A stretch of 64,000 nt of DNA from Amoebophrya sp. A120 (Eukaryota; Protista; Dinoflagellata), in the NCBI GenBank assembly GCA_905178155.1, contig CAJINV010000002.1, positions 11,262,634-11,326,633 on the forward strand, in the 5' to 3' direction. The stretch's first letter is position 1; every line of letters begins with the position of its first letter. The notes below the pieces were generated by a model. That model searched no databases. It was not told the DNA's origin and was given only the letters and a program-made list of their open reading frames with translations. The position numbers and the translations under genes were made by a program. Of this stretch, positions 1 through 11,568 are shown piece after piece.

Positions 1-250
1 AGGACGATCCGCGAGAAGAATAAGATCTGCTTCACGGGTCGGATAGTCTTCGTCTTCAAAAAGATAATCTATTTGAAGTAGAGGAGGGTCCTCGCTCTTC
101 TTCGCGAGAGACCACGCGGCTCCCCTTAGAGTAGCGCTCTACTAGTGCGGCGCGCCGGAGGTCGCGCGTAAGCAAATGCAAAACCACGCGCGCCGAGAAG
201 GGACGCGGCAAAAAGCGCAGGAAAATGAGCAACGATGGGAGGAGGTCGCT
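1..250 (-). pseudogene. Possible degenerate Copia-type integrase fragment, running off the window
   Basis: Manual minus-strand translation gives RVPSRRAWFCICLRATSGAPH* and, in another frame, DPPLLQIDYLFEDEDYPTREADLILLADRP. This loosely resembles the Zn-finger and first catalytic Asp region of Copia integrases; it is interrupted by a stop and a frameshift. Confidence 0.25.
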
Positions 251-1611
251 GCAGAATAGCCGCGGAAATCTGTTCTAGATTTCTTTCTGAATTCCGTACG
301 GATGTCGATAAATATTACTAAACAAATGGGAGTGCGTCCCCGGACCCCTTGTTGAATCCGAAAAATGCTGTGGGTCGTGCTAATAATTCCTCAACTTTCT
401 CGCGCCCGCTCTTTTTCTCTTGAGAAGAATGTCCGGCGCGCCCTTCGTTTTTTTTGAGAAGATTCAAAGGGGGCGCGGGGGTCCGAAAGTTCAAGAATAT
501 TTATCAATATCCGATTGTACATGGAAACATTTTTCTGGCTGCAGACGAGATAACGTCACAACTGCACCATATTTGTATCATTCATTTCCAAGCTTTCTAC
601 ATCGCCAGAAAGACCGCGGCGCAGCAGTATATCAAGAGGATTTAATTCGCCAGAATTCATCTTGGGGACGCTCTTTAACGTAGTATCGCGCTGGCGTTAC
701 ATCGCTTGGCGAGGTACAATTCTCGAAGGACGAGCACAGCTATCTGGTTGAAGAAAAATACTTACGCCGCATCTGATGCTGACATCTTGATCTTGGAAAA
801 ACAAACAGCATAAAGCTTGCGCTTCACTGTCATTTGAGTCTTACTATTGTGTATACAGTTACAGGAAAACAATACCATCATCATTTGTATTGACTTTTGA
901 CTTTATTGCCTTTGTGTTTTTTCTGTGGCAGCATCATCATGCCTCTGAGTCTGACTTTTATAGCGTTACTTCTTCCGACGTATAAATATTCATCTGTTTT
1001 TTGCTTCGCGATTTCTGTACTAGTACTATGATCTTACACGCAGCGCAGCTGTAGTTGCTGTTGAGGCTACTTCGGCTGCCCCTCATTAGGTTTTATATGG
1101 TGAAATTGTAATCATGCTGGTATAGAGCTCCGGATTGCACCTGCGCCTACGTCCGCTCTCTACGTGTCGGAGTTCGGTGGATGAGCGTCTGCAGTGTGAC
1201 AGCTCAAAAGTTGCGTATTCACGTTCTTCTTGTGTTTCACCAGCTTCTGCAGGCTTGATTGATTTGTTGCACTTTACTGCTTCTAGAGCAGGAGGGTCGG
1301 CGGCGTCGTGGTCGTTGTGGGAATCAACTCATTCTGGCAATCTCTGACCAGGTGCACAGCGCCCATCCATCCGTCCACTATCCTGCGAAAAAACGTTTCA
1401 TCCGCCCCATTCTCGTAGTCAATAGACAAGATCAAGAATGAAATCATTCTGCAGAAGTATACGACTCGGGCTGGCCTCGGTGAATGTCAAGAAGAAGGTT
1501 GACAAATACAAATTTGCTCTCTTCTGTAGAATAGAAGTGCTAATAGATTGGTATGTAGTGATCGCCATTTGCACCCTGACCTAAGGCACATATTGAAGAT
1601 GATACTAGCAA

Positions 1612-2923
1612 TTATAAAAGAGCTAAAACAAAAATAGCACACTGCGCAGTCGTGGATATGACCGAGGACTGTTTCCACCAGGGTCCCTCTGATGGGCGTG
1701 GGGCGGGGACGTTTTTGAGTAGAATATCCGGACATCGCTCGTTTGCCGATTGACAGGCGTCGCAGACGGTGCCCACAGTGCAAGCCTGCACGGCCGGACT
1801 TATTTGCCTACAACTCCCAGTATGCAACATAAATTTGCCGCACATGGCTTTGAAAATACAACATCTTTGTGAGACTGCATTTTTTTGCTCATCTCGTTCA
1901 CGTAGTACAAAAAAAGAACAATATGGATTTCGATTTGGATGCTTATGCTCCTCCACCTCCTAGTCCTAGTCTGGTCATAGAAGTACAAGTTTTCCACTTG
2001 TACCGCATTGGCATTCCGAGTCTGGCTCTGGTCATACATGTTGTACAAGTTTGCCAATTGTACTCGAGCAGTGTTGTCGTCGTGTGCGATTAATTTACTG
2101 TGGCTACACAAAGGTGTGGCGGACGTTTAGCTCCGCGGCTGAAGGGACGGGGTAGATCACCTCGGGGGCGCATGAAAGTGAAAAGTGCGGCGCAGACTCA
2201 AAAAAGTGACAAGTGGCAGAGGAGATTCCAATCGAAAGTATTTTGACGCTTTGCAAAGTAGGATCGATATTACGCTTACCGGGCGGGGTCCGCTCTCTGC
2301 AGAATCTCCGCCGCGGATCGTGCGCCGTTTTTGTCATCTGTATTTGCGTTTTTGCGAAGAAGCTACATTTCTCCGCAAGAATGTCAAACACGCGGCTTCC
2401 CCGAAGTATTTCTAGGCTGCTGTAACTTCTTTATTGCCTACGTCGCGAATATCTTTTCGAACTTGCGAGCTCAGTCGCGTAGCTGCACTTTTCATTTTGA
2501 TAGCCCATTTCCGGTGTCGTTGGCGGGGGGGCCGCGGACTCGGTCGTAGAGCAGGACACCACGGAACGGCTGCAGGACCCCATCCGTGTCTTCCTGCTCC
2601 ATTTGGTCGCAAACCCAACGAGTGGCGTACTCGCTCTGTCTGCCCGAAGCGTCCTTGCCGTGCTCCTCGTTGATCGGAAGACGGAGGTCGCCACCGCATG
2701 CCTTCACTTCCGTGTTTGCATAGACGTCGATTCCAGCCAGGGAAAGGGAGTAAAGATCTGCCGTTGTAGCGGTTTCGGTCCCGCTTGCCGAATCCAGAGT
2801 GACAAGCGGATCGGCGTTAGGAATGCGCTGCACTGTGAATTTCGTCATTTCTTTTTGTATTTTTAGCCGCGTACCCCAGGGAAAGGGGGCAACATCGTAT
2901 CGAATTAAAAAGCATCCCTGCAC
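1612..2923 (-). CDS. Multi-exon gene with unrecognised Cys-rich domain (paralog 1 of 4)
   Basis: Exon motifs RWVCDQM...PFRGVLLY (ORF 2492-2923) and VQACTVGTVCDACQSANERCPD (~1720-1800) are shared with the genes at 17142, 21480 and 30323. 5' end undetermined. Confidence 0.75.
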
Positions 2924-3618
2924 GGTAGAAGCTCTGAAGTGACCACGTTCGCGGCCTTTTATAATGCTTTCGAACCGAGTTCTTTACGAAGGTGGTTTCC
3001 CATACCTTTCTCATTTCATTATCAATATCATTATATATGGCCATGGGATTTCCACCTGTCGATACAAAATGCAGTCGCGCAATCACTGTCGCGGCCGTCC
3101 TTTTTTGCAACCTGAGAATTTTTGTTTCTGGTTCTGGTTCTGCTTGTCTATGTTTGGAAACTTAATAACAGCGAAATCTGCGTTTCGTGTCTCTGGTACC
3201 CGGGCAGGGAGCTTTTGTTCGCTATGATACGTTCTTGTCTCCGTTCGCTGTCCTGAGGAAACACCCCGATGGATCCCCCTTTCCGATACTCGAACAATAC
3301 TACCGCTTCTCGTACTACAACTGGCTGCACGGACCCGCGCGCTCCACGCTGCCTTGAATACCAAAATGGAATAAGGCGGAGTTTTGAGAAGGTCAACGAT
3401 CAAGAACCTGCTCAAGCTCAACAGAGCTTAACTCACCACTACCTATTATACGCGTCCGCAGAACTTTTCTTGTACGAATACGAAACCTAGAGATAACACT
3501 AAGCATAAGCCGTCTACTATGCATTAATATAGTTCTTCTACTCATTACGAAGCAGTTCGTATTTGTCGAATATGTTATGGATTGGTCCTCCTGGATTCCG
3601 ACGATTTATTGCATCAAA

Positions 3619-5348
3619 CTATTTTAGCCACGAAAATTCCTTGTTCGAGTGTCGGCGTACATTAAGGGCGCCGGGGCTTTTTTCTTCTACGATAGTGGCG
3701 CTGTACTTGTCCATGTCCTCTGCTTCCGAATTAGTGTCGGCATTCAGAGTAAAGTTTCCGTTGGTGAGACTGCGTGCGTGAAATGGTGGATCGTCGACGA
3801 AGGCACGTGAAACGCTCAAACGGTCGGGAAATCTGACCTCCTGCCCGCCCACTTGGCCAAATTTTTCTGCCACCAGCCGGATTTGGTCGACATAGTGAGG
3901 TTTGTTGTCGGCGAATCTCATCTGCCAATACTGGTCTCCGAGTGCGGACGCTGCTCCCGCAGTGTACGAAGTCTCGCCAGTTCGGGCCAGCCTATATGGC
4001 CACCTTCCGAGAGGCATTTCCAGTGGCCCCACAGCACTGGCATTCTGATTGAGCACGTACTTATCCGCATTCAAACCGCCGACGTCCCAAGCTCCATCGG
4101 AGCGTTGGGGATAGGTGGTGCTCTGGACCGCGCGCATGCCGTCTCCGTGGTATGCTTCCATGACGCCGTATATGAAAACGCCACAGATAGTGAACTGCGA
4201 GTCCTTCCGAATGCGAATCTTGTTCAGGTTGCGCTTGATCTTGATCACAGTGCCACCCGTGTCGAATAGACCGGTAGCCGGGTGTGCCGGTATGGAAGAG
4301 ATAGTCCCAATGTCAACCCCGGTTTATCCTGTGCAAAAGTATCGCACTCGTAGTAATTGCAGCCATGCACTACAAGTCTTCTACTTTTTCTCAAAGTAAA
4401 TCCGCATATACAAATTTCACTTGTATTTCTAATGCTGAGGAAATAAAAATTATTTGTAATGCATTTTAAACGAGTGCGAATGCGATACTTTTGCAATGCA
4501 TACGGTTGCGTCGCTGTCAATGACCATCTCTGCGCCGTTCAAATCGGTCTCCTTTTCGTAGTGGTTAAAAAGCCGGATCGAGGACACATAGCGTATCGCT
4601 GAGTTTTTGAAAGCCGCTTCCCAATAGAAGCTTGTAGCTGTGTCAGGTCCAGGTGTGCTGCACGTGTTCGTAGCATCGCTTTTTCGCGTAGTCGAAGTCA
4701 GGAAAGTGTCAAAATTCGCGCTTTCCTCCTTTGCAAATGCAGTTCCATACTTCATTGCCTGGGCTGGGCCGCTGAAGGAGTCGAAGTCAACACTCCCCTG
4801 GTCCGTGGTGCCCTGTGCCGTGTCAAAAAGAAACTCGTCTAGTGTATAGCCAAGGCAGCTGTTAGTGTTACGTTCTCAGCGCCGTCAGCGACTAGCGGTA
4901 GTTTCGCCGACGTGAGTTTTTTTTCACGAAAATCGAGCAAGAGCCAAAATCAAAAACGCTTCTTCCTCTTCGCCGTTTGGTGCATCAGATAAATTTCGAA
5001 CAGATTTCAGTACTTGTAATGCGTCACGACTACCAGCTACTTTGTATTTCTTTTTTTTTGATTTTGCAACTGCAAGAAAATATAAAATGGAAAAATAAGG
5101 GGGACACAGGTTCGTCTGCATGTCCACCACGTTGGCTCGAGTGTACCAGCAGTAGAGAACGTAACATCTCCACCGAGGGGGCCATATAGTGGCACTTCGA
5201 CTTCCATGGTGGTGGTTTCGTCGGTGGTTTTCTTTCCGAATTCCGTAGTGGTGGGGGTTGCAATGTCGAGAGGAAAATCAAAGCCACGCATCCTCCCGAA
5301 GGGAAACACATACCAACAGGCAAGCCCGCAAATGCTGGCCAACACCAC
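3619..5348 (-). CDS. Protein with two F5/8 type C / F-type-lectin-like (galactose-binding fold) domains, paralog A
   Basis: FYWEAAF..RYVSSIRLFN..LNGAEMVID...ICGVFIYG followed by YWQMRFAD..HYVDQIRL. Colinear with the gene at 13505-16144, including a shared EVEVPL motif. Frame restored by removing the introner at 4325-4502. Confidence 0.7.
4325..4502. mobile_element. Introner, family A (178 bp), TSD CGGTT
   Basis: TATCCTGTGCAAAAGTATCGCA...TGCGATACTTTTGCAATGCATA; CGGTT at 4320-4324 and 4503-4507. Removal gives IDSDAT-GVDIG, matching paralog IDSEIS-GTNIG. Confidence 0.95.
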
Positions 5349-7244
5349 TATATTTCATAATGCTCGACGAGAGAGAGCCGACGTCTTCCTGTTGTTTGGC
5401 CCATGCTTAATTGTGCACGTGCACGCCCACCTGACTACAGCTATAGTACTGCGAGTGACATCAAGAAACTGGGCGCTGTGTTGCGATGACGTACAACCGA
5501 TGCCACGACGCAACTCCTTTTAAATCTCCCTCTGGACGAGGTGGTATCATACATAGAGTTGCGTCCCTATTGAGTTGCTGGCACGCAAATAAAAATGCGA
5601 GACCCTCGTCTGCGTCAGCGTCGACGTGTCATGACCATGAGTAGACCCCAATATCTCGGCAGGCCGTGGCTTTATTTATTTCAATCTTTCTTTGATACAC
5701 AACGCTTGTGTCCTCGTACACTTCTATCCCGGCTAGAGCGACGAAGTCGCTGTCCACCTTATCTGTATTCTCCAGCTTCATTTTGCGAAACGATGCTTCT
5801 ATCCTTCCATCCTCAAGAAAAATCCCTCTCCCCCATCCCCACGGGAAATCCGTGCGTCAGGAGTTACAGCTTGGACGCCCATTAGATATAGGGGCGGTGA
5901 ATTTCTAGTGATTTTAGAAGGGGAGTAGAATCGTGGGGCTGGCGTTTCGGGGGGTTATGGTTCGCGAGGCAAGGGCTAGCACAAATAGAGGTAGCGGCGG
6001 CATTGTGCTCGTCGCCAAGGCTCCCCCACATTGAAGGCAATCCCCCTCGCAACCTTGCCCAACCTAGCACACTGCTCCGCGTCTTTTTTCGCGAAGTAGA
6101 CCTTTTGGCTTCTTCATGATCTTCTCCATTCCTTGTTAACGCTTCAACTTCCGTGTTCAAATTTTGGACAACGAAAATCGCAAAGAAAAGGCACTGCCAT
6201 CGGGAAAAGCTTCCATTTAAACATCATTCCCCATGGTATGATGAGGATGGTTTTTTTCCTAAAAATCATCGATGCGGAGCGCCGTGCTGTTTGGCGCCAA
6301 AAAGCGGCTTAAAAGTACCCCGCTTACCGATGGCATGCTGCGATCGGTGAATTTAGTGGTGAATTTAGAAACGGCAGGCCGGTGAATTTAGTAAATTTCG
6401 GCAATTTCCTAAATTCACCCCGAGCTGATTCTGGATTCCAGACCATCATCAAACCGGTACCCATTTTGCCTTCGTTTCTAAATTCACCGGAGCCGAAAAA
6501 CCAAATCCAAAACGATCGCCCCACATTTGCTTCAAAAAATGCGAAGCCTTTGGCGCATGCACGCACAAATACGAAAGCAACAAAATGCAAGCACGCCACA
6601 AGGTCGCGCAAGACATTAAATTGTTTTGATTTACCGAAGCAGAGAGCATCTGGCAGACCAAGACGCCCGAGCATCTGGCAGGCCCAGTGGCTTCATTTTG
6701 CGAAACGATGCTTCTATCCTTCCATCCTCAAGAAATATCCCTCCCCCATCCCCACGGGAAATCCAAACGACGAAAGCGCGCGGAAACGATGATAATCGAA
6801 GGCAGTGCTGACGCGCGCTGCAGTCCTCGTCGCGGGACGACCTGCGACGGTCACACTGGCGAGCAAGAAGAGAACCCGGCCGGCACAGCAAGCTACAAGT
6901 AGCAAGCCGCGCAAGCCAAGCTCTCAAACCCCACAGAGCCAAGCCCCTTTTCCGGGCGCTTCGTGCTCTCTCCCATGCCGGCCAACCCCCGCCAGCAGGG
7001 CGGGGGCGCCGGTCTTGAGTACTTTCTGCAGCAAAGCATACAGCGCGGCCTTTTTCTTCAACTTGGAGCTGCCAAAGCACAGAAAAAAGCCGTATTTTCT
7101 GTTGTTCAAAAAAGCAGAATGTGGCGCAAAAAAGGCAGTCGAATTCGGGAAGAAAAGGCGCAAAAAAATGAACACGCCCAGTCACACAATACCGTCGGTG
7201 AAGGATATTTCTATAAACTTTCCAAAACCTCTCTCCGATCTGTA

Positions 7245-7381
7245 AAAGTGACACGCACTGACACGCACTCACTGCGTGTCAATTTACAGAGCGGTTTGAC
7301 AGTACACACTCGCCACAAACGAGAAACAGGTCGTGTTTGGCGAGTGCGTATCAGTGTGCGTGTCGCTCTGCGTGTCACTTT
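7245..7381. repeat. MITE-like palindrome built from TGACACGCA units
   Basis: AAAGTGACACGCA (7245-7257) / TGCGTGTCACTTT (7369-7381), with inner CACTCGCCA/TGGCGAGTG arms. Confidence 0.75.
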
Positions 7382-7892
7382 GCGTGTCAAAAAAAAGGTG
7401 TAGTGCGTATCACTCTGCGTGTTTGAAAGCTCCCAAAAATTTGCCGAAAATCTACCAAAATCCGAAGGAAAGGCTCAAGGAAAGGGACAAGGGAAAGAGG
7501 CCGCTATCCCCCATCCCCATCCCCCATCCCCCCAAGAAAAATCCCTCTCCCCCATCCCCACGGGAAATCCGTGTAGATTTCGTGCAAATTGCAGAGATTG
7601 GTTTTCTTCATCTCGTGCAGCTTTCGTGAAAATTGCACAACGTAAGGGGCTTCAATCTACACCATAAGAAAGCGAAAGCTCACCACGGGCGACTGATTCC
7701 GCTCCAAAGGGATCTTCGGGGCCTCTGAGACTGCAAAGACCCTTCTCCAGAAGAAATGGCCGGCGGGCCCAGTCAGATGGCTGCCTTTCTAGGTAGACAG
7801 GGCGTTGGGCGCTGGCTCGAAATGTACCCAAAAGGCACCACTGCCGAACGGCCCGACTTATGGTTCTGCTTTCCCCCACCCCTTTTGTGACC

Positions 7893-8143
7893 CCCATGAT
7901 TTTCGCAAAGCTAGACCGGAAAAGTGGCTCCGTGCCGTGCTGATTAGGCTCATAAAGGGGCCACCCGTTTTGAGCACGAAATGGCTTCGCTTTGTTCCAT
8001 TTTCGGCACCCCCCTCCCCTACCCATGATTTTCGCAAAGCTAGCCCGGGAAATTGAAAGCGTGCCGCCGTGGTTAGCCTCATAAAGAGGTCACCAAAATG
8101 CCGCCGCTTGGCGGATGAGCTGTGATTTTCGCAAACCTAGACC
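7893..8143. repeat. Degenerate tandem repeat, period ~100-130 bp
   Basis: TGATTTTCGCAAA(G/C)CTAG core in units starting near 7893, 8022 and 8123. Confidence 0.8.
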
Positions 8144-9091
8144 AATTTTTGAACAGCATAGCATCGAGGAAAGTGTCATAAATGTGGCGCCATTTCGGCC
8201 AGGGACTCAGGCCAGTGCCCGGACGCTTGCGGAGACAAGCGGCTCCGGTTCCTCCAACCTTGGAGTTGCTTTTTTTGCAAATGAATTGTCTTCATGACGA
8301 ATGGGAAGACGAAAGCACGCAGCGAGCTTGTCGCGGTGATTGCTGGCGCAAGTTGCGTAGTGCTTGAGATGTTCCGCGAAGGATGTGTGAAGCAGGTAGA
8401 CGCCAACCAGCGACACAAGCCTCCCAGCTTCGGCGCCCACGCTGGGCGCCATCCTATCCGCCACACTCTGCGAGGGAAGTCAATGGGGACGAGCCGCTAT
8501 GGGAGAAAGTGCCGCTTTGGAACAGCAAAGGTTAATGGTTACCAGTACTGATGGAAACAACGGGCGGCCTTTGAGTTACCTCGAGCTGCCGCACTGTGTC
8601 CGCCCCACGTTGGGCGCTTGCAAGTTTCGTTCCAAAAAAAGGGAGAAGGGGCCGGGGTCCCTATAAAAGCTTTGGAAAACATTGCGCGGCCAAACGCGTG
8701 GCAGCGGCGATGCTGGCGCGCGAGCCCACCGAGTACGAAGATAGACGCGACCGCGCGACGGCCCCCCAAACGGCTAAAGTGTTGGGCCAAGGTGGTTGGG
8801 CACGTAGCGGGCGTGTTTTCATTGGGCCCAGGCGCGGACACGTTGGGTCCGTAGCGATGACCATTTCGGAACCCCGGGAGCCCAGATAATTCTGGCTCCA
8901 GGTGTTCTCTTTGCCCTTCAGGTCACACGGGAAATCCGTGTATTAAGGTCGCGCCCGGAGGGCGATATTGGTAACCAAAAGCGTGCGCGAACATCTAGCC
9001 AGCGTTAAGGCGCGCCAACCTTGTTCAAGCTGGCCCCTGGCCCTGACCTGTTCGGGTCATCTCATCGGGGGCTTCCGGATTTCTATTCAAA

Positions 9092-9203
9092 GCTTATCGC
9101 AGGAGCCTGCGGGCCGCCGCGGGCTCCACCACTTCCCCGCGGCCCTAAAGGGCCGCGGACAACTACTGTCGCCCGCGGCGGCCCGCAGGCTCCTGCGATA
9201 AGC
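9092..9203. repeat. Perfect 33-bp GC-rich inverted repeat with internal 10-bp hairpin
   Basis: GCTTATCGCAGGAGCCTGCGGGCCGCCGCGGGC 9092-9124 / 9171-9203; CCGCGGCCCT-AA-AGGGCCGCGG 9137-9158. Confidence 0.95.
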
Positions 9204-10980
9204 ATTGAAGTTATGCACGGCGGCACGCTGTCCAGGTAAAATGCAGAAACTTCAAAAAGTTGCACCATTTCCTTCATTTCCGGCAGCCCTTTTGGGCCAC
9301 CCAAATCGGGCACTTCTAAGCGGGGGGAGGGTTTCAATTTGCGACCCTCAGAGACGTCGAAAACCGTGGGGGGTGGACACACCTCCGCGGGCTTGATGGC
9401 TGCTTTTTTTCGTCCAATCTCGACGGTATGGGCCGTGTGACAATTTGAAAAACCGCCCTTGAGCGGCAATTTTCAAGCGGCTTCCGCTTTTTCACAAAAA
9501 AATGTCATTTTGAATTACGAAGCGGCTTTCGCGTCATGCACGAATTTGGTAAATTTTGTCGCCCGCTTGCATGCTGCGAAAAGTTGCGTTTTTTAAACAC
9601 TTTTTTTCAATTTCCAAGCGGCTGGAGCTGCCCGGACGTGACGCGTTTTCCGCTATAAAACGCATCACACCATCGGCCCTTGCCGAAAGTGCCACTATCT
9701 TTTTTCAGATTCAGAGTGGGCGGAGCTGCAAAAATGCTCTTTTTTACCCTTTTCCCACTTGGTAATTGCTGTTTTGGCTGCTTTCGGTAAAATTCCCAGA
9801 AATTCTGCCCGACCCGCTTTCTGAAGGCAAAACACACTTGATAATGCCCGATTTTGCGAGTGGTTGCATACCCCCGAGCTCCTCCCATATGGTAACGGCA
9901 AAGCCTTCGCGCTGCGTTTGCGATGGATGAGCATCTCGCAAAGAGCGCTTTGCGCGCGGGCAAGCCCGCGCGCAAAGCTTCCTACCTCCATCTCTCCCAT
10001 CCCTACGGGATGGGGGAACCTCAAAAACCCGTTACCCCTCAGCCTACCCCGTAGCTGTAGGTAATCGTAAAGCTTATCCCTCGCATCGTTGGTTTTTTTT
10101 AATCACGGCCTATAGCTGTTATAAGGGTTTTCACATTACCAAATCCTTTATTCTGGCTTTTAGGCGTGTGCTTTTCTTTTGTGTTGTTTTCTTCATACCT
10201 TCGATACAGATTTTTCTACACGTTGAAGTCGAGTAGTATCATCGTACTAGTCGTCGCGTCATCGTAGTAACCGTTAGCATTTTCCAGAAGACTTGGGCCA
10301 ACATCGTTTTTTTTTACAATCGTACTCGGTTGTGCAATTCGTAGCACCATCGTGTTTGTTTGTCGTGTTTTTTTTGTCGCTGCATTTTTTTCTGATGTCA
10401 CGGAAGCTGGAACTCATGCAACTTTTTCTGTGAAAAAGTCGCGAACGTTGAGGGATGGAGTTTGTAATTGCCAAGGCTCCATACGACACAACTCCATACC
10501 TCGATTTCCGGCTTGCGCATTGCGCATTCCATTCTTCATGGAATTTGCAATGCGTGAGGAATCTGGAGTGCGTGGCCCATGGGCTTTCTAACTGCGCTAC
10601 CCAGGCGCCTCCTTCGTTTCAAACGAAGTGGGCGCCTTGGTTGCTGAGCCCTGAAGCCTGCAACCTTTTGGACCCAAAACAAAACCCCTTCATGAAGACC
10701 AAAGAAATGCCTTTTTTGGAAGCAACAAAAAGCACAACAAAAAAAGCGCACTTTTTACAGCAAAGAAGTGCACTTTTTTAACTCGTTTAAACTGGGTCAC
10801 CAACATGGGTCAGAAAACAGGTCAGAAAACACAATAAGGAAATCACAGCGTTAGGTGGGGATAAGCAAGAGCGACTTTGTGTTTTCGTTAATGGTGTTTT
10901 TGGTAGCATTCTTTAACATTCAAAGTTGACTCAGTCGGACTGTAATAAAAAATGGCATAGCAAACGCTATGAAAAAGTGC

Positions 10981-11043
10981 ATGGCGAATGCCATAAGAAA
11001 CGCTATGGCGAATGCCATAGAAAACGCTATGGCGAATGCCATA
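10981..11043. repeat. 24-bp tandem repeat, three self-palindromic units
   Basis: (T)ATGGC-GAAT-GCCATA x3. Confidence 0.9.
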
Positions 11044-11079
11044 AAAAAGTGCACCCGAACATGATAAAAAACAATACGC

Positions 11080-11568
11080 CGAAAAGACAGCGTTAGGCGC
11101 GGATAAGCACTTCAAAAGAAGCACTTTTTGTGCCTCGGAATTTCCGAAGAGAACAACTGGAGATGAAGGTGCAAATTGTCCGCCAAGGTAGTGCCCGCGC
11201 GTCTCCGCGGAGACGCTGGCGCACTACCTTGGCGCCCACTTTTTTGTTCCTCTCAGGAACGAGAGCTGGAACTTTCTCGACTTTCAAGTCGGCAAAGTTC
11301 CAGTTCCCGCTCCTATAGCTTTCATTTCTTGAACGCTCCAGCTCGTGTTGACCTGGAGCGTTCTCTTTTTGAACGTTCCAGCTCGAGTTCCGCAATTGAG
11401 CGCTCCAATTCCTGCGCGCTGGAGCTTTCATACAGAGAAAGCTACAGGAACGGGAACTGGAGCTGGAACTTTGCCGCGCTTTTTTTTGATCGCAGAAACG
11501 TGGCTTTTTGAGCACAAAAAAGCAGGCATCGTTGGAAGCGCTTATCCGCGCCTAACGCTGTCTTTTCG
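11080..11568. mobile_element. MITE-like element, 29-bp perfect inverted repeat
   Basis: CGAAAAGACAGCGTTAGGCGCGGATAAGC 11080-11108 / 11540-11568; internal GAGCTGGAAC/TTCCAGCTC repeats; a degenerate extra arm near 10846. Confidence 0.7.

Noticed and set aside
380-745. Minus-strand frame interrupted only by three TGA codons, suggesting stop-codon reassignment as reported for one Amoebophrya isolate
   Set aside because: The recognisable exons elsewhere (EGF, PAN, EF-hand) contain no in-frame stops and use TGG for Trp; the region has no identifiable homology.
4329-4503. Canonical GT-AG intron using GTATGC and the TTTTGCACAG inside the TIR
   Set aside because: It leaves 8 extra nt, shifting into DKPGLTL...stop; paralog alignment requires removal of 183 nt.
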